Assembly (NCBI GenBank): GCA_964546035.1
Contig: CAZJIO010000004.1
Location: 21,860-65,269 of the forward strand
Direction of reading: 5' to 3'
DNA length: 43,410 nt
Source of the DNA: an uncultured Eubacteriales bacterium
Lineage (GTDB): Bacteria; Bacillota; Clostridia; Lachnospirales; Vallitaleaceae
Below the pieces are notes generated by a model. The model made no database searches and was not told the origin of the DNA. It worked only from the letters and a program-made list of their open reading frames with translations. A program made the translations under genes and the position numbers. Positions 1-9,192 of the stretch are shown in pieces. How positions within the stretch are numbered: the stretch's first letter is position 1; the number at the start of each line of letters is the position of its first letter.

Positions 1-1416
1 TTGCCAAAATCATTTTATACGGACCTCAATCCATCAAAGGTTCCTTCGCCCACATTGATGGTTTTTAATCAACCCTTGGCAACAACCCTTGGGTTGAATG
101 CTCAGGCGCTGATGGGTGAAGAGGGTGCTTATGTGTTTGCTGGCAACCGAATTCCAGAGGGGGCTTTTCCTCTTGCACAAGCCTATGCGGGCCATCAGTT
201 TGGTAATTTTAACATGTTAGGGGATGGTAGGGCAATACTCCTGGGAGAACAGATGACACCTTTGGGACAACGGTTTGATATACAACTTAAGGGTTCGGGC
301 AAAACGCCATACTCCAGAGGCGGAGATGGTCGAGCGGCTCTTGGACCGATGCTAAGAGAATATATCATCAGTGAAGCGATGCATGGGCTTGGCATTCCTA
401 CTACCAGAAGTCTAGCTGTGGTGACAACAGGTGAGGCGGTCATGCGAGAAGTTGCCCAATCAGGTGCAGTTTTAACCCGTGTTGCAGAGAGCCATTTGCG
501 TGTTGGTACCTTCCAATATGTTTCGAAATGGGGCACGGAAGAGGAACTTAGAATTCTGGCAGACTACACCTTGAATAGACATTTTCGAGTAACGGGAGAG
601 GATGAGAACCCTTATCTTTTCTTGCTTAAGGAAGTCATCAAAGGACAGGCGGAGCTCATAGCAAAATGGCAGTTAGTAGGTTTTATTCATGGGGTAATGA
701 ATACCGATAACATGGCTCTAAGCGGAGAATCCATCGATTTTGGTCCTTGTGCCTTTATGGATGTTTATGACCCAGCAACGGTATTTAGTTCAATAGACAG
801 ACAAGGCCGCTATGCCTATGGTAACCAACCCAATATAGCAGCTTGGAATCTGGCCAGATTTGCAGAGACCTTATTACCATTGCTCCATACAGACCAAGCT
901 CAAGCAATCAAAATGGCACAGGACGCCATAGCGGATTTTTCTAAGTTGTTTATGGGCCATTGGTCAACGGGTATGCGGGCGAAATTAGGTTTGATTAATG
1001 AAGAACCTCAGGATGACGCCCTTATTGAAGAACTGTTGAGTATGATGCACAAGCATGGAGCAGATTATACCAATACCTTCATAGCACTCACGTTTAATCA
1101 ACAGCCAGATATGGCGCTTTTTGGTACATCAGAATTTGCTCTATGGCATGAGAAGTGGCAAGGGAGAATCGGCAGGCAACAGGTGTCAAGCACGGCTGTA
1201 AGCCAATTGATGAAAAACAGCAATCCTGCTATTATTCCCCGTAATCACCGAGTTGAGGAAGCGCTAGCTGCTGCAGTGGAACAAGGAGACTATGGTGTGA
1301 TGGAGGCGCTGTTACGGGTGCTTTCAAATCCTTTTGAACATTCTGAAGAACAGGTCGAGTATGCATTAGTAACAGATGCTTCGAAGGCGCCCTATAAAAC
1401 TTTTTGTGGTACCTGA
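1..1416 (+). CDS. selO: Protein adenylyltransferase SelO (YdiU/UPF0061 family). 5' end truncated by the window edge; about 13 aa of N-terminus missing by comparison with E. coli YdiU.
   Basis: Translation carries the SelO hallmark GHQFGNF..LGDGRA..LGEQ plus [34 protein letters not shown]. The track start is a TTG at position 1 with no upstream context. Confidence 0.8.
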   Translation: MPKSFYTDLNPSKVPSPTLMVFNQPLATTLGLNAQALMGEEGAYVFAGNRIPEGAFPLAQAYAGHQFGNFNMLGDGRAILLGEQMTPLGQRFDIQLKGSGKTPYSRGGDGRAALGPMLREYIISEAMHGLGIPTTRSLAVVTTGEAVMREVAQSGAVLTRVAESHLRVGTFQYVSKWGTEEELRILADYTLNRHFRVTGEDENPYLFLLKEVIKGQAELIAKWQLVGFIHGVMNTDNMALSGESIDFGPCAFMDVYDPATVFSSIDRQGRYAYGNQPNIAAWNLARFAETLLPLLHTDQAQAIKMAQDAIADFSKLFMGHWSTGMRAKLGLINEEPQDDALIEELLSMMHKHGADYTNTFIALTFNQQPDMALFGTSEFALWHEKWQGRIGRQQVSSTAVSQLMKNSNPAIIPRNHRVEEALAAAVEQGDYGVMEALLRVLSNPFEHSEEQVEYALVTDASKAPYKTFCGT

Positions 1417-1448
1417 TAGGGAATTATTAAAAGATAAGTTTGTGAAAA

Positions 1449-1476
1449 TAAGCACTGCAACAAGTGCTTATTTTTG
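1449..1476 (+). terminator. Rho-independent terminator downstream of selO
   Basis: Hairpin TAAGCACT-gcaaca-AGTGCTTA followed by TTTTTG. Confidence 0.55.
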
Positions 1477-1639
1477 CTTTTGTCTGCATTTGGGATTCAA
1501 AAGTGGCGTTTCGTTTACAAATATTCACTTCTTGGTTTCAAATGTTGCATTTCGTTTTACAAAGTGGCAGCTCACTCTACTATTATGCTTGATTTTGTCT
1601 CATCCTATGCCCTACCTATGCCTTGCATGTAAAATATAC

Positions 1640-1668
1640 TTGACATTATGTGTTCAATTGATTACAAT
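1640..1668 (+). promoter_or_regulatory. Sigma-A type promoter, TTGACA-17 nt-TACAAT, upstream of the MDR oxidoreductase gene
   Basis: TTGACA at 1640-1645, 17-nt spacer, TACAAT at 1663-1668. The RBS GGAGGT at 1711-1716 follows. Confidence 0.45.
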
Positions 1669-1787
1669 GAGTATATAATATTTAACGTATAGTAAATATC
1701 AATAGACATAGGAGGTATTATTATGAAAGCATCTTAACAAATTATGGGTCACCAGATGTTTTACAACTTAAAGAAATTGATAAACCT

Positions 1788-2714
1788 GTGCCGGGGAAGA
1801 ATGAAATACTGATCCGAGTAAGGGCAACATCCATCAATTATGGAGATATGCTAGCGCGTAATTTTAAAGCAGTTTCCCCTTCACAATTCAATATGCCACT
1901 GCTTTTTTGGTTTTTTGCAAAATTATACTTTGGTTTTAGCAAACCAAAGGTTATAATACTTGAGAGTGAGTTTGCAGGTGAAATTGAAGCAATAGGTGCT
2001 GATGTTGATTTGTTTAAGAAAGGGGATAGCGTTTTTGGATATCGTGGTCAGAGTATGGGCGCATATGCTGAGTATATATCCATAGCTCAAGACGCCTGCG
2101 TGACAATAAAACCTACTAATCTGACATATGAAGAAGCGGCTGTCCTGCCATATGGCACATTAATGGCGTTGAGTTTGCTCAAAAAAGCCAATCTCCAGGC
2201 TGGGCAAAAGATTTTAATCAATGGTGCAAGTGGAGGCATTGGCTCAGCGGCGGTGCAACTTGCCAAGTCTTATTTTGGGGCAGAAGTCACCGGTGTTTGT
2301 AGCACTTCAAGATTGGATTTTGTGAAGTCTTTGGGAGCTGATCATGTCATTGATTATTCAAAACAGGATTTTACGAATAGCCATAAGACCTATGATTTAG
2401 TTTTTGACATATTGGGAAAGAGCACCTTTTCAAAGTGTAAAAAAGTTCTTTCTCAAAACGGACGTTATCTTTTGGTCAGCTTTAAAACTAAACAACTGTT
2501 TCAAATGTTATGGACTAAAGTTATGGGTGGACAAAGAGTCCAATGTGCTTTTGCAGCAGAGGGTGCTCAAAATTTACAGTTTATTAAAGAGCTCATTGAA
2601 GCGGGGAAGATCAAATCGACTCTTGATCAAGCATATCCCATGGAGCAGAGTGCTGAGGCACATCATTATTATGAAAAAGGGGACAGAAAGGGTGGTGTAG
2701 TCATAACAATGTAA
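1788..2714 (+). CDS. MDR-superfamily NAD(P)H:quinone oxidoreductase / zinc-independent alcohol dehydrogenase-like protein. ORF as drawn starts at GTG 1788. The real start appears to be ATG 1723, disrupted by a 1-nt frameshift (see findings).
   Basis: [15 protein letters not shown] nucleotide-binding motif. [11 protein letters not shown] C-terminus typical of the quinone oxidoreductase family. Conserved N-terminal residues [21 protein letters not shown] are encoded in-frame upstream of the GTG. Confidence 0.7.
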   Translation: [308 protein letters not shown]

Positions 2715-2744
2715 CAGGGCCACTCAAGTTGTTAGGAGAAATAC

Positions 2745-3317
2745 ATGGTTTGGAGTAAAATGAAGCAGCAATTAGAAAGTTTTTTGAGTCCCTCATTGGT
2801 AGGTAGAGTAGAATACCGTGCATCTAGCTATCGTTATTTACCTGATAAATCAGGACAGAGTTACCTGATGGTCGACAAAAAGGAAATATTTAATATGAGG
2901 GATTTATCAACAGGCATTCGGTGGTATCAAACAGAGCAAGAAATAAAGAATGACCCGAATATTCTCATTCCTATCAGCGAGGAAGATATTGAAAGGGTCA
3001 GAAAAGAAACCAAAGGGCTAATCCCTGAAGATCGGTTAGCCCTCATCGCAAGAAATCACAAATTCTCCATATGCACAAAAGAGTTAATAGGAGCACAGAC
3101 AGTCCTAAGCAAATCAAATTTTTACCAGGAAGCAAATGCCTTTTTAACGGATTCTATAGAAAATAATCTTAAGAGTAAGGATGCCCTGTTAAATATACTT
3201 GCGCTAGTGGATCGTCGTGTTGGTAAAAAACGCCTTTTGAGTATAGAGGAAGAGATGAGAATGAAGCTTCCTGTTGTGCAGTATTTTTATGATTTACGAA
3301 GGCGTACAGCCAATTAA
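2745..3317 (+). CDS. Hypothetical protein. Possibly the conserved Firmicutes family that NCBI names SF0329; recalled from memory, unverified.
   Basis: 190-aa ORF with RBS AGGAGA 7 nt upstream. N-terminus MVWSKMKQQLESFLSPSLVGRVEYR resembles that family. Confidence 0.45.
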   Translation: MVWSKMKQQLESFLSPSLVGRVEYRASSYRYLPDKSGQSYLMVDKKEIFNMRDLSTGIRWYQTEQEIKNDPNILIPISEEDIERVRKETKGLIPEDRLALIARNHKFSICTKELIGAQTVLSKSNFYQEANAFLTDSIENNLKSKDALLNILALVDRRVGKKRLLSIEEEMRMKLPVVQYFYDLRRRTAN

Positions 3318-3329
3318 TTAAGGAGATCG

Positions 3330-3818
3330 ATGATGACAAATCAAGTCAGTGTAGAAAAAGTAAGAGAGGATGCTATGAATTTTTTTAGGGCCGGGAAGTA
3401 TTATTGTTCCGAAGCCGTTATGGCATCTATCCGTGAAAATTTTGAAGTTAACCTGCCAGAAGAGATTATTGCTATGGCTTCTGGATTTCCGGTTGGTATT
3501 GGCAAATCCAAATGTGTTTGTGGTGCGGTGTCAGGTGGGGTCATGGCACTTGGGTTGTTTTTCGGAAGAACAGCAGGATCAAATCCTCAGGATCCGCTAA
3601 GTGTGACGACATTAGAGCTTGCCAATGCATTGCAAGTCTATTTTAAAGAGCATCACAAAGTGCTCTGTTGCAGCGTATTGACAAAAGGGATGGATATGGC
3701 TTCGGGTGAGCATAAGGAACAATGCATCGGTTTCACTGGGGAAATTGCAGCCAAAACAGCGGAATTGATCCTTGATAATTGGTCTAGGACAAGGGAAGAG
3801 AGGCTAAAAGCACAATGA
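3330..3818 (+). CDS. C_GCAxxG_C_C family protein (putative redox-active protein)
   Basis: Motif KSKCVCGAVSGG matches the C-GCAxxG-C-C signature. Strong RBS AAGGAGA. Overlaps the next gene by 4 nt. Confidence 0.65.
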   Translation: MMTNQVSVEKVREDAMNFFRAGKYYCSEAVMASIRENFEVNLPEEIIAMASGFPVGIGKSKCVCGAVSGGVMALGLFFGRTAGSNPQDPLSVTTLELANALQVYFKEHHKVLCCSVLTKGMDMASGEHKEQCIGFTGEIAAKTAELILDNWSRTREERLKAQ

Positions 3819-4738
3819 TCAGAAAAAAGTTAGAAAAATTACCTTATCCTATTGCAGGTGTTATGCTAGCCCTTGCAACATTAGGTAACCTATTAGGCGG
3901 TTATAACAGTGGGATTAAAACTCTGCTTGGAAGTTTGTCTGTGGGTATTTTAGTGTTACTCAGTTTAAAGATTATTCTTCTCCCTAAGTCGGTCAATAAA
4001 GCTCTAAAAATGTTACCCATTGCCAGTGTAATGGCTACCTTGCCGATGGGGATGATGGTATTAACCACCTATACAAAAGGATTTATGCCTGAGTTCTCCA
4101 AAATCGTGTGGTGGGTAGCGCTGTTGATGAATGTGGGGATCATGATTTATTTTACGATAAAACATGTGTTACCGCTTAAGGTGAAAAAGGTTTATGCCAG
4201 TTATTTTGTTACATATATTGGAATTGCTGTGGCAGCAGTTACAGCTCAAGCCTTTGGGGCGATTTCAATAGGTAAGATAGCTTTAATCATTGGACTTTTA
4301 GCCTATCTTGTCCTTTTACCTATAGTGACATATCGGTATTTAAAAGATAAAAACATCGGTGAACCCTTAAAACCTTTGATTGCTATTTATGCAGCTCCAG
4401 CCAATTTGCTCGTCGTTGGATACTTGAGTTTAAAATTGAACTGGTCAAATGCATTGTTGGATACTATATATTTCATTGGTGTCATGACGACGTTGTTTGT
4501 ATGGTATCAAATCTTCAGACTCAGACGTCTCCCCTTTTATGCGAGCTTTGCAGCCTATACTTTCCCCCTCGCTATTGGTGCAGCCGCAACTAAAGCGTAC
4601 TATGCCAATTTCGTTGGAAGAAATGGTGATAATGGACTTGTCGAACTCTTTGGATGGATTCAATTAGCAATTGCTTGTGGTGTAGTGACGTATGTGCTCA
4701 TTAGATATGTGAGTTACATGTTTGGCAAGAAAGCTTAA
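3815..4738 (+). CDS. TDT-family (TehA/Mae1-like) membrane transporter
   Basis: About 10 predicted TM helices. N-terminal LPYPIAGVMLALATLGNLL is typical of tellurite-resistance/dicarboxylate transporter family proteins. Translationally coupled (ATGA) to the upstream gene. Confidence 0.5.
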   Translation: MIRKKLEKLPYPIAGVMLALATLGNLLGGYNSGIKTLLGSLSVGILVLLSLKIILLPKSVNKALKMLPIASVMATLPMGMMVLTTYTKGFMPEFSKIVWWVALLMNVGIMIYFTIKHVLPLKVKKVYASYFVTYIGIAVAAVTAQAFGAISIGKIALIIGLLAYLVLLPIVTYRYLKDKNIGEPLKPLIAIYAAPANLLVVGYLSLKLNWSNALLDTIYFIGVMTTLFVWYQIFRLRRLPFYASFAAYTFPLAIGAAATKAYYANFVGRNGDNGLVELFGWIQLAIACGVVTYVLIRYVSYMFGKKA

Positions 4739-4770
4739 AAGACTGGAATGGATAACGTATAAATCTAACA

Positions 4771-4802
4771 AAAAAACAAATCCGTGATGATTTGTTTTTT
4801 TG
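4771..4802 (+). terminator. Rho-independent terminator after the transporter gene
   Basis: AACAAATC-cgtgat-GATTTGTT followed by TTTTTTTG. Confidence 0.55.
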
Positions 4803-4930
4803 TTATTAATGGTTCAACCCACTGAACCCAATTTGGCGTATAATTTTATATAATATAGCGTTTTGTTTAATAAAATGTCGAAATATAGTTGTGTTACCCA
4901 TGGTATTTTTATAAATTGAGGGGGTTGACA

Positions 4931-5125
4931 ATGAAAGGTTTGGAATACATACGAAGCTTGCCAGTTGACAAACTTGCTAAAGTGCTCATTAGAAGTTGCC
5001 CATCTGATATTGGACTAAGAAATATAGCTGAATGTCCTAGAATTAACTGTAAAACATGTTGGATTTATGCATTAGAGAGTGAGATTGACGCAGGTGCTGA
5101 CGCATTTTTGACACAAGAATATTAG
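4931..5125 (+). CDS. Small Cys-rich hypothetical protein (64 aa; CP..CP..C..C, possible zinc-binding)
   Basis: ATG at 4931 preceded by GAGGGGG. Four Cys in a CPx9CPx4CxxC arrangement. Sits in an AT-rich stretch. Confidence 0.3.
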   Translation: MKGLEYIRSLPVDKLAKVLIRSCPSDIGLRNIAECPRINCKTCWIYALESEIDAGADAFLTQEY

Positions 5126-5369
5126 ACTCTGTAAGAGGTATCGAATTTCAAGAATATTTGAAAACTGATACCTTTTTTTATTGTAGATTTTCTGACCCTT
5201 TTCATGGGAATTCATGCATGTTTTTATTATCTAACAAGGAACATACTATTAAAATTAAAGAATATTTGCATGTGCATTTAATCGCAGGACACCCGTATAT
5301 CATTGTGGTTCACCCTAAAGAACCAATAATAGTATATAATTTTACACAATGATAGTGTTTTTGCAAGAG

Positions 5370-5396
5370 TTAATTGACTTATGGGTTAGCAATTAA
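5370..5396 (+). promoter_or_regulatory. Inverted repeat TTAATTG-N13-CAATTAA upstream of the XRE regulator gene; candidate operator overlapping a TTGACT -35
   Basis: Perfect 7-bp inverted repeat arms, 30 nt upstream of the XRE start codon. Confidence 0.35.
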
Positions 5397-5427
5397 TACA
5401 CAAACATAAAAAGATAGGAAGACTAAA

Positions 5428-5622
5428 ATGAGCATTCAAATAATTGTAAAAGAAGTAAGGTTAAAAAAAGACCTATCTTTAAGAGATTTAGAGAGGAAGT
5501 GTGGCGTAGCTAAGTCAACACTTTCTAATATTGAGAACAATAACATTGATGCCAAGGTATCCACACTATGTAAAATTGCCAAAGGAATAGGCTGCTCCCT
5601 TGATGAGTTGGTAAAATATTGA
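5428..5622 (+). CDS. XRE-family helix-turn-helix transcriptional regulator (Cro/C1-type, 64 aa)
   Basis: LSLRDLERKCGVAKSTLSNIENN is a canonical HTH_XRE signature. RBS GGAAGA. Confidence 0.8.
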   Translation: MSIQIIVKEVRLKKDLSLRDLERKCGVAKSTLSNIENNNIDAKVSTLCKIAKGIGCSLDELVKY

Positions 5623-5758
5623 TATTTATAAGAACATTTATTTTTTAGTCACAGGCACATTAATCTGAAATCATTCATGAAAACCAGATTAAGGTGCTAT
5701 TTTTTTTGAAATTCTGTTATAATTAAGCCAAATCAATATCAAAGAAGGGCGTGAAAAG

Positions 5759-6667
5759 ATGGATAAAAAGAAACTCATATATATAGCATCTATTCCAGAA
5801 AGAACAATTAAATCAGTTGTATCGGTAGGTACAGGCATTACCTCCTTGCTGACAAAGCTTTTGTTACCAAATGCTGTAAAAGATTCGTCTACATATCGAG
5901 TGACCTTTGGCATGTTGCAACAATTCTTAATTGAGAAAGTAGCTCAAGTAGAAGAGGGCGAAAAAAGTATCGCTTTAAAAGATCATTATGCGGTTAGAAA
6001 AACGGCAGGATCTATTATTGAAGGGGTTGGATTGATCAGCATCCGGTTTTCTCCTGTGTGGATGTTGGCTATACTGAGTGACGTTTCAGGAGGGAGCAGA
6101 GTCTACCTCACTCGATTAATCGAGGATCTCAAGAAAAATAATCTCATTGATACGACAGTGAATTACGACAATGTCTACGATTTACTTGATGGCATCAATA
6201 AGTCGTCAAAAATTGGTGTTGATGCAATGGATACACCGCCCATATCTGTTGAAGAATTTAAAGAATTTATAGACACACTGATGGCGCAAATGAAAGATAA
6301 CAATACTTCTTCAAAAAAAATGTTAGGAGATTTAGAAAAAGTCTATCATAAAATGACCGATACCAGCCAAAAGGAAAAAATGTCCCTACAAAAATTAAAC
6401 GGTGCAATGACCCTTGATTTAATGAAAAATATGACGAAAAAGGGTTTTGATATCACAAAGGTAACAACTAAAACAAGTTTGGATATGATCAATGAAACGG
6501 TCATCAAAAGTTATATGGATTCGTTGGATCTGGTGAATAAAGTTGGAAAACGCAAATATTTGATTGAACATATGACACCTTTTATGAGGCAATTCAAACA
6601 ACATTATAACAAAGACAAAAAAACCATCACTGGAAAAGCCCTTGGATGGTTTGGCAAGCATAAATAG
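5759..6667 (+). CDS. Hypothetical protein (302 aa, Lys-rich, no recognisable domain)
   Basis: Long ORF with RBS. Preceded by an extended -10 promoter TGTTATAAT at about 5714-5722. First gene of a tight three-gene operon. Confidence 0.5.
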   Translation: MDKKKLIYIASIPERTIKSVVSVGTGITSLLTKLLLPNAVKDSSTYRVTFGMLQQFLIEKVAQVEEGEKSIALKDHYAVRKTAGSIIEGVGLISIRFSPVWMLAILSDVSGGSRVYLTRLIEDLKKNNLIDTTVNYDNVYDLLDGINKSSKIGVDAMDTPPISVEEFKEFIDTLMAQMKDNNTSSKKMLGDLEKVYHKMTDTSQKEKMSLQKLNGAMTLDLMKNMTKKGFDITKVTTKTSLDMINETVIKSYMDSLDLVNKVGKRKYLIEHMTPFMRQFKQHYNKDKKTITGKALGWFGKHK

Positions 6668-6678
6668 GGAGAACTCTT

Positions 6679-8466
6679 ATGAATACAACTTTTACAATAC
6701 TGCCTAATACGAAGATTTACATACAGTCAGGTGATCCGGTTTTTGCCGGGTCTCCTTATTTAAAGATTAAAGCATTTTTAGATGAACAGTTTTCTTATAA
6801 GCTCTTACTTAATATTGAAAAAAAAGATCAAGTAGGGGATGAGGCTAGAGAAGAAAATGCGATTTATTTAATCCTATCTCCTAATGTGAGCCAGTCTCCA
6901 GAAGGCTACCAGCTTTGTATTACAACCAAAAGGATTAAAATTACGGCATCCTCACATGTTGGACAGTATTATGGCATAGCTACTTTGATTGATTTGATTA
7001 TGAATACGGGACTTAGATTAGAAGAGACGGTTATAGAAGATGCGCCTTATTTTCAAAATAGAGGTGTTATGTTGGATATTACCAGAGGTCGTATGCCCAA
7101 AATATCCTATTTAAAAGAAGTGATTGATCTTTTATCCCACTATAAGGTGAATCAGTTACAAATGTATATGGAGCATACTTTTCAGTTTTCATTTATGAGC
7201 GAAGTGAGCTTGGGTAAGGATGGTCTTTCCCCGATGGAATTCATGGAACTTGATGCCTATTGTTATGAAAGGCACATTGAATTGATTCCCTGTATCGCTA
7301 CCTTCGGACATCTTTATGAACTTCTTAAAAGTGAGAGTTTTAAGCATTTGTGCGAATATGAAGATTATACAAATGAACCGTATTCCTGGATGCGACGCCA
7401 AATGCACCATACCATTGATTGTATGAATCCAGAGAGCTTGGAACTTGTTAGACAAATGATTAAAGAGATTGCCCCTTGTTTCAGGAGCAAGTATCTGAAT
7501 ATCTGTGGTGACGAAACCTATGACATGGGAAAAGGGCGGAATAGAGAACGCTTAGCTCAAGTAGGTGGCGCTAGAATGTATGTCGATTTTTTAAATCAAA
7601 TACTGGATGCAGTGCATGAACAGGGTAAAATTCCTATGTACTGGGGAGATGTCATTTTACAAGATCCTGAATTGATCGATGAGATTCGACCTTTTGCCAT
7701 ACCGTTACATTGGTGGTATGAAGCAGCGGTGAAGGAAGCGGATTTTGTTATATTTGAAAAAACCAAACGACCCTATTATTGCTGCCCATCAACGGCAGGT
7801 TGGAATCATTTTATGAACGATTATAAACGTGCATATAGCAATATAGATAAAATGGTTGGTTTCGGAGTGACATATAATGCGGTAGGAGTTTTAGTAACCG
7901 ATTGGGGTGACTTTGGACAGATTAATCATATATCAACCTCATTACCTTTGCTGAAATATGGCGCAAAAATGGCCTGGAATCCAAAAGAGAGCGCTTCAGA
8001 GAGCAGATTTGATAAATCCTATGTGGTATTGTTAGAAGAAATTGGAAACGAACGCGTTGTAACTTGGGAGCATATTATGAAGTGGTTTTATGGTCGATAC
8101 CATCATGATTTTATGTATGGCGATAATACCAATTACTTTGAAGCGCTCAAGAATGAAACATTGTTAGAAAGTTTTGAACGATTAGTAGCCCTAGAAGAAC
8201 GTGTTTCAGATATAGCGCCTTTTTATAGGGGATCCATGAGTGATGATCTTGTAGAAGTATTTTGCGATATACAAGGGATGAAATGGATGTTGAAATTTGC
8301 AGTGATCATCAAAGAAGAACGAACCGATTCAGGGCTGGCTACAACCATAGAGAATTGGTTTATGGACTATGAAAACTTATGGAGAAAACGTTACAGAGAA
8401 AGTGAACTCTATCGTATCCGAGAGGTTATTATTGGGTTATGTCGCTTCCTTAGGGCGAATATATAA
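6679..8466 (+). CDS. Glycoside hydrolase family 20-like beta-N-acetylhexosaminidase (cytoplasmic, no signal peptide)
   Basis: GH20b N-domain pattern EGYQLCITTKRIKITASSHVGQYYGIATLIDLI. Catalytic-domain start RGVMLDITRGRMP. The NICGDETYDMG motif corresponds to the GH20 H/N-x-G-x-D-E catalytic pair. Confidence 0.55.
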   Translation: MNTTFTILPNTKIYIQSGDPVFAGSPYLKIKAFLDEQFSYKLLLNIEKKDQVGDEAREENAIYLILSPNVSQSPEGYQLCITTKRIKITASSHVGQYYGIATLIDLIMNTGLRLEETVIEDAPYFQNRGVMLDITRGRMPKISYLKEVIDLLSHYKVNQLQMYMEHTFQFSFMSEVSLGKDGLSPMEFMELDAYCYERHIELIPCIATFGHLYELLKSESFKHLCEYEDYTNEPYSWMRRQMHHTIDCMNPESLELVRQMIKEIAPCFRSKYLNICGDETYDMGKGRNRERLAQVGGARMYVDFLNQILDAVHEQGKIPMYWGDVILQDPELIDEIRPFAIPLHWWYEAAVKEADFVIFEKTKRPYYCCPSTAGWNHFMNDYKRAYSNIDKMVGFGVTYNAVGVLVTDWGDFGQINHISTSLPLLKYGAKMAWNPKESASESRFDKSYVVLLEEIGNERVVTWEHIMKWFYGRYHHDFMYGDNTNYFEALKNETLLESFERLVALEERVSDIAPFYRGSMSDDLVEVFCDIQGMKWMLKFAVIIKEERTDSGLATTIENWFMDYENLWRKRYRESELYRIREVIIGLCRFLRANI

Positions 8467-8480
8467 AAAAGGGGATTATT

Positions 8481-9185
8481 ATGTCACTCAACTTAGCCTT
8501 TCTTGTTTTATTAGTGCTCATTGCATTTTATCTGATTTTTATAGAGATATTTACCGTTGTTTTTATGATGACAGGGGTTTCTCATACAAGATCAATGTTT
8601 CAAGTCATTTCACTGCTGACGAATTCAGGATTTACAACAAGTGAGAGCGAAATAATTGTCAGCTCGAGGAAAAGAAGAAAAATAGCAATTATTATCATGT
8701 TGTTTGGCAACATATTTAATGTATTGATCTTATCTATACTTGTTAATACAGTCATCACAATCTACCAAGAACCAACTTTTGAATTTGTCCAGGCCATTGT
8801 GGTTGTGTTGATCTTTTTTGTTCTATTTATTGCATATAAGAAATTGAAATTTATTAAAGTACGGTTTAATCGTTTAATCAAGAAAATAGCAAATCACTGG
8901 ATGTATAGTAAAAAATCAAACCCTTTGCTGATACTAGATAACTTTCATGAGTTTTGTATTGTGGAAATTAAAGTCATTGAGGTGCCGGATATTCTTAAGG
9001 GTAAGACCATATTTGAGTCAAGTTTAAGCAACGATTACGGGATACGTGTGCTCTATATAAAAAGAGGTGATCAATATATTGGTTATATAGAAGATGATAA
9101 CCGTGTTTTGCTCATGGATAGAATCATCGTTTTTGGTCCCTTGCATAACATCACAAAGGTATTCAATATGAAGCCTTCTCATTAG
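8481..9185 (+). CDS. Two-TM ion-channel-like membrane protein with a C-terminal TrkA-C (RCK_C) domain
   Basis: TM1 - pore-helix-like SMFQVISLLTNSGFTT - TM2. C-terminal VEIKVIEVPDILKGKTIFESSL..GIRVLYIKRGDQYIG fits TrkA-C. Confidence 0.5.
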   Translation: MSLNLAFLVLLVLIAFYLIFIEIFTVVFMMTGVSHTRSMFQVISLLTNSGFTTSESEIIVSSRKRRKIAIIIMLFGNIFNVLILSILVNTVITIYQEPTFEFVQAIVVVLIFFVLFIAYKKLKFIKVRFNRLIKKIANHWMYSKKSNPLLILDNFHEFCIVEIKVIEVPDILKGKTIFESSLSNDYGIRVLYIKRGDQYIGYIEDDNRVLLMDRIIVFGPLHNITKVFNMKPSH

Positions 9186-9192
9186 GATGATC

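Noticed and set aside
1376-1678. 100-aa ORF overlapping the selO 3' end and the intergenic region
   Set aside because: It spans the selO terminator and the downstream promoter. Hydrophobic low-complexity translation of AT-rich DNA with no RBS; almost certainly not coding.
5158-5352. 64-aa ORF in the AT-rich stretch before the XRE gene
   Set aside because: Starts at a TTG with no RBS and has no recognisable features. Treated as non-coding.
6679-9185. GH20 enzyme plus channel as components of a phage-defence system
   Set aside because: There is no nuclease, ATPase, NTase, TIR, SIR2 or other recognisable defence effector or sensor domain. The association is unexplained but there is no positive evidence for defence.
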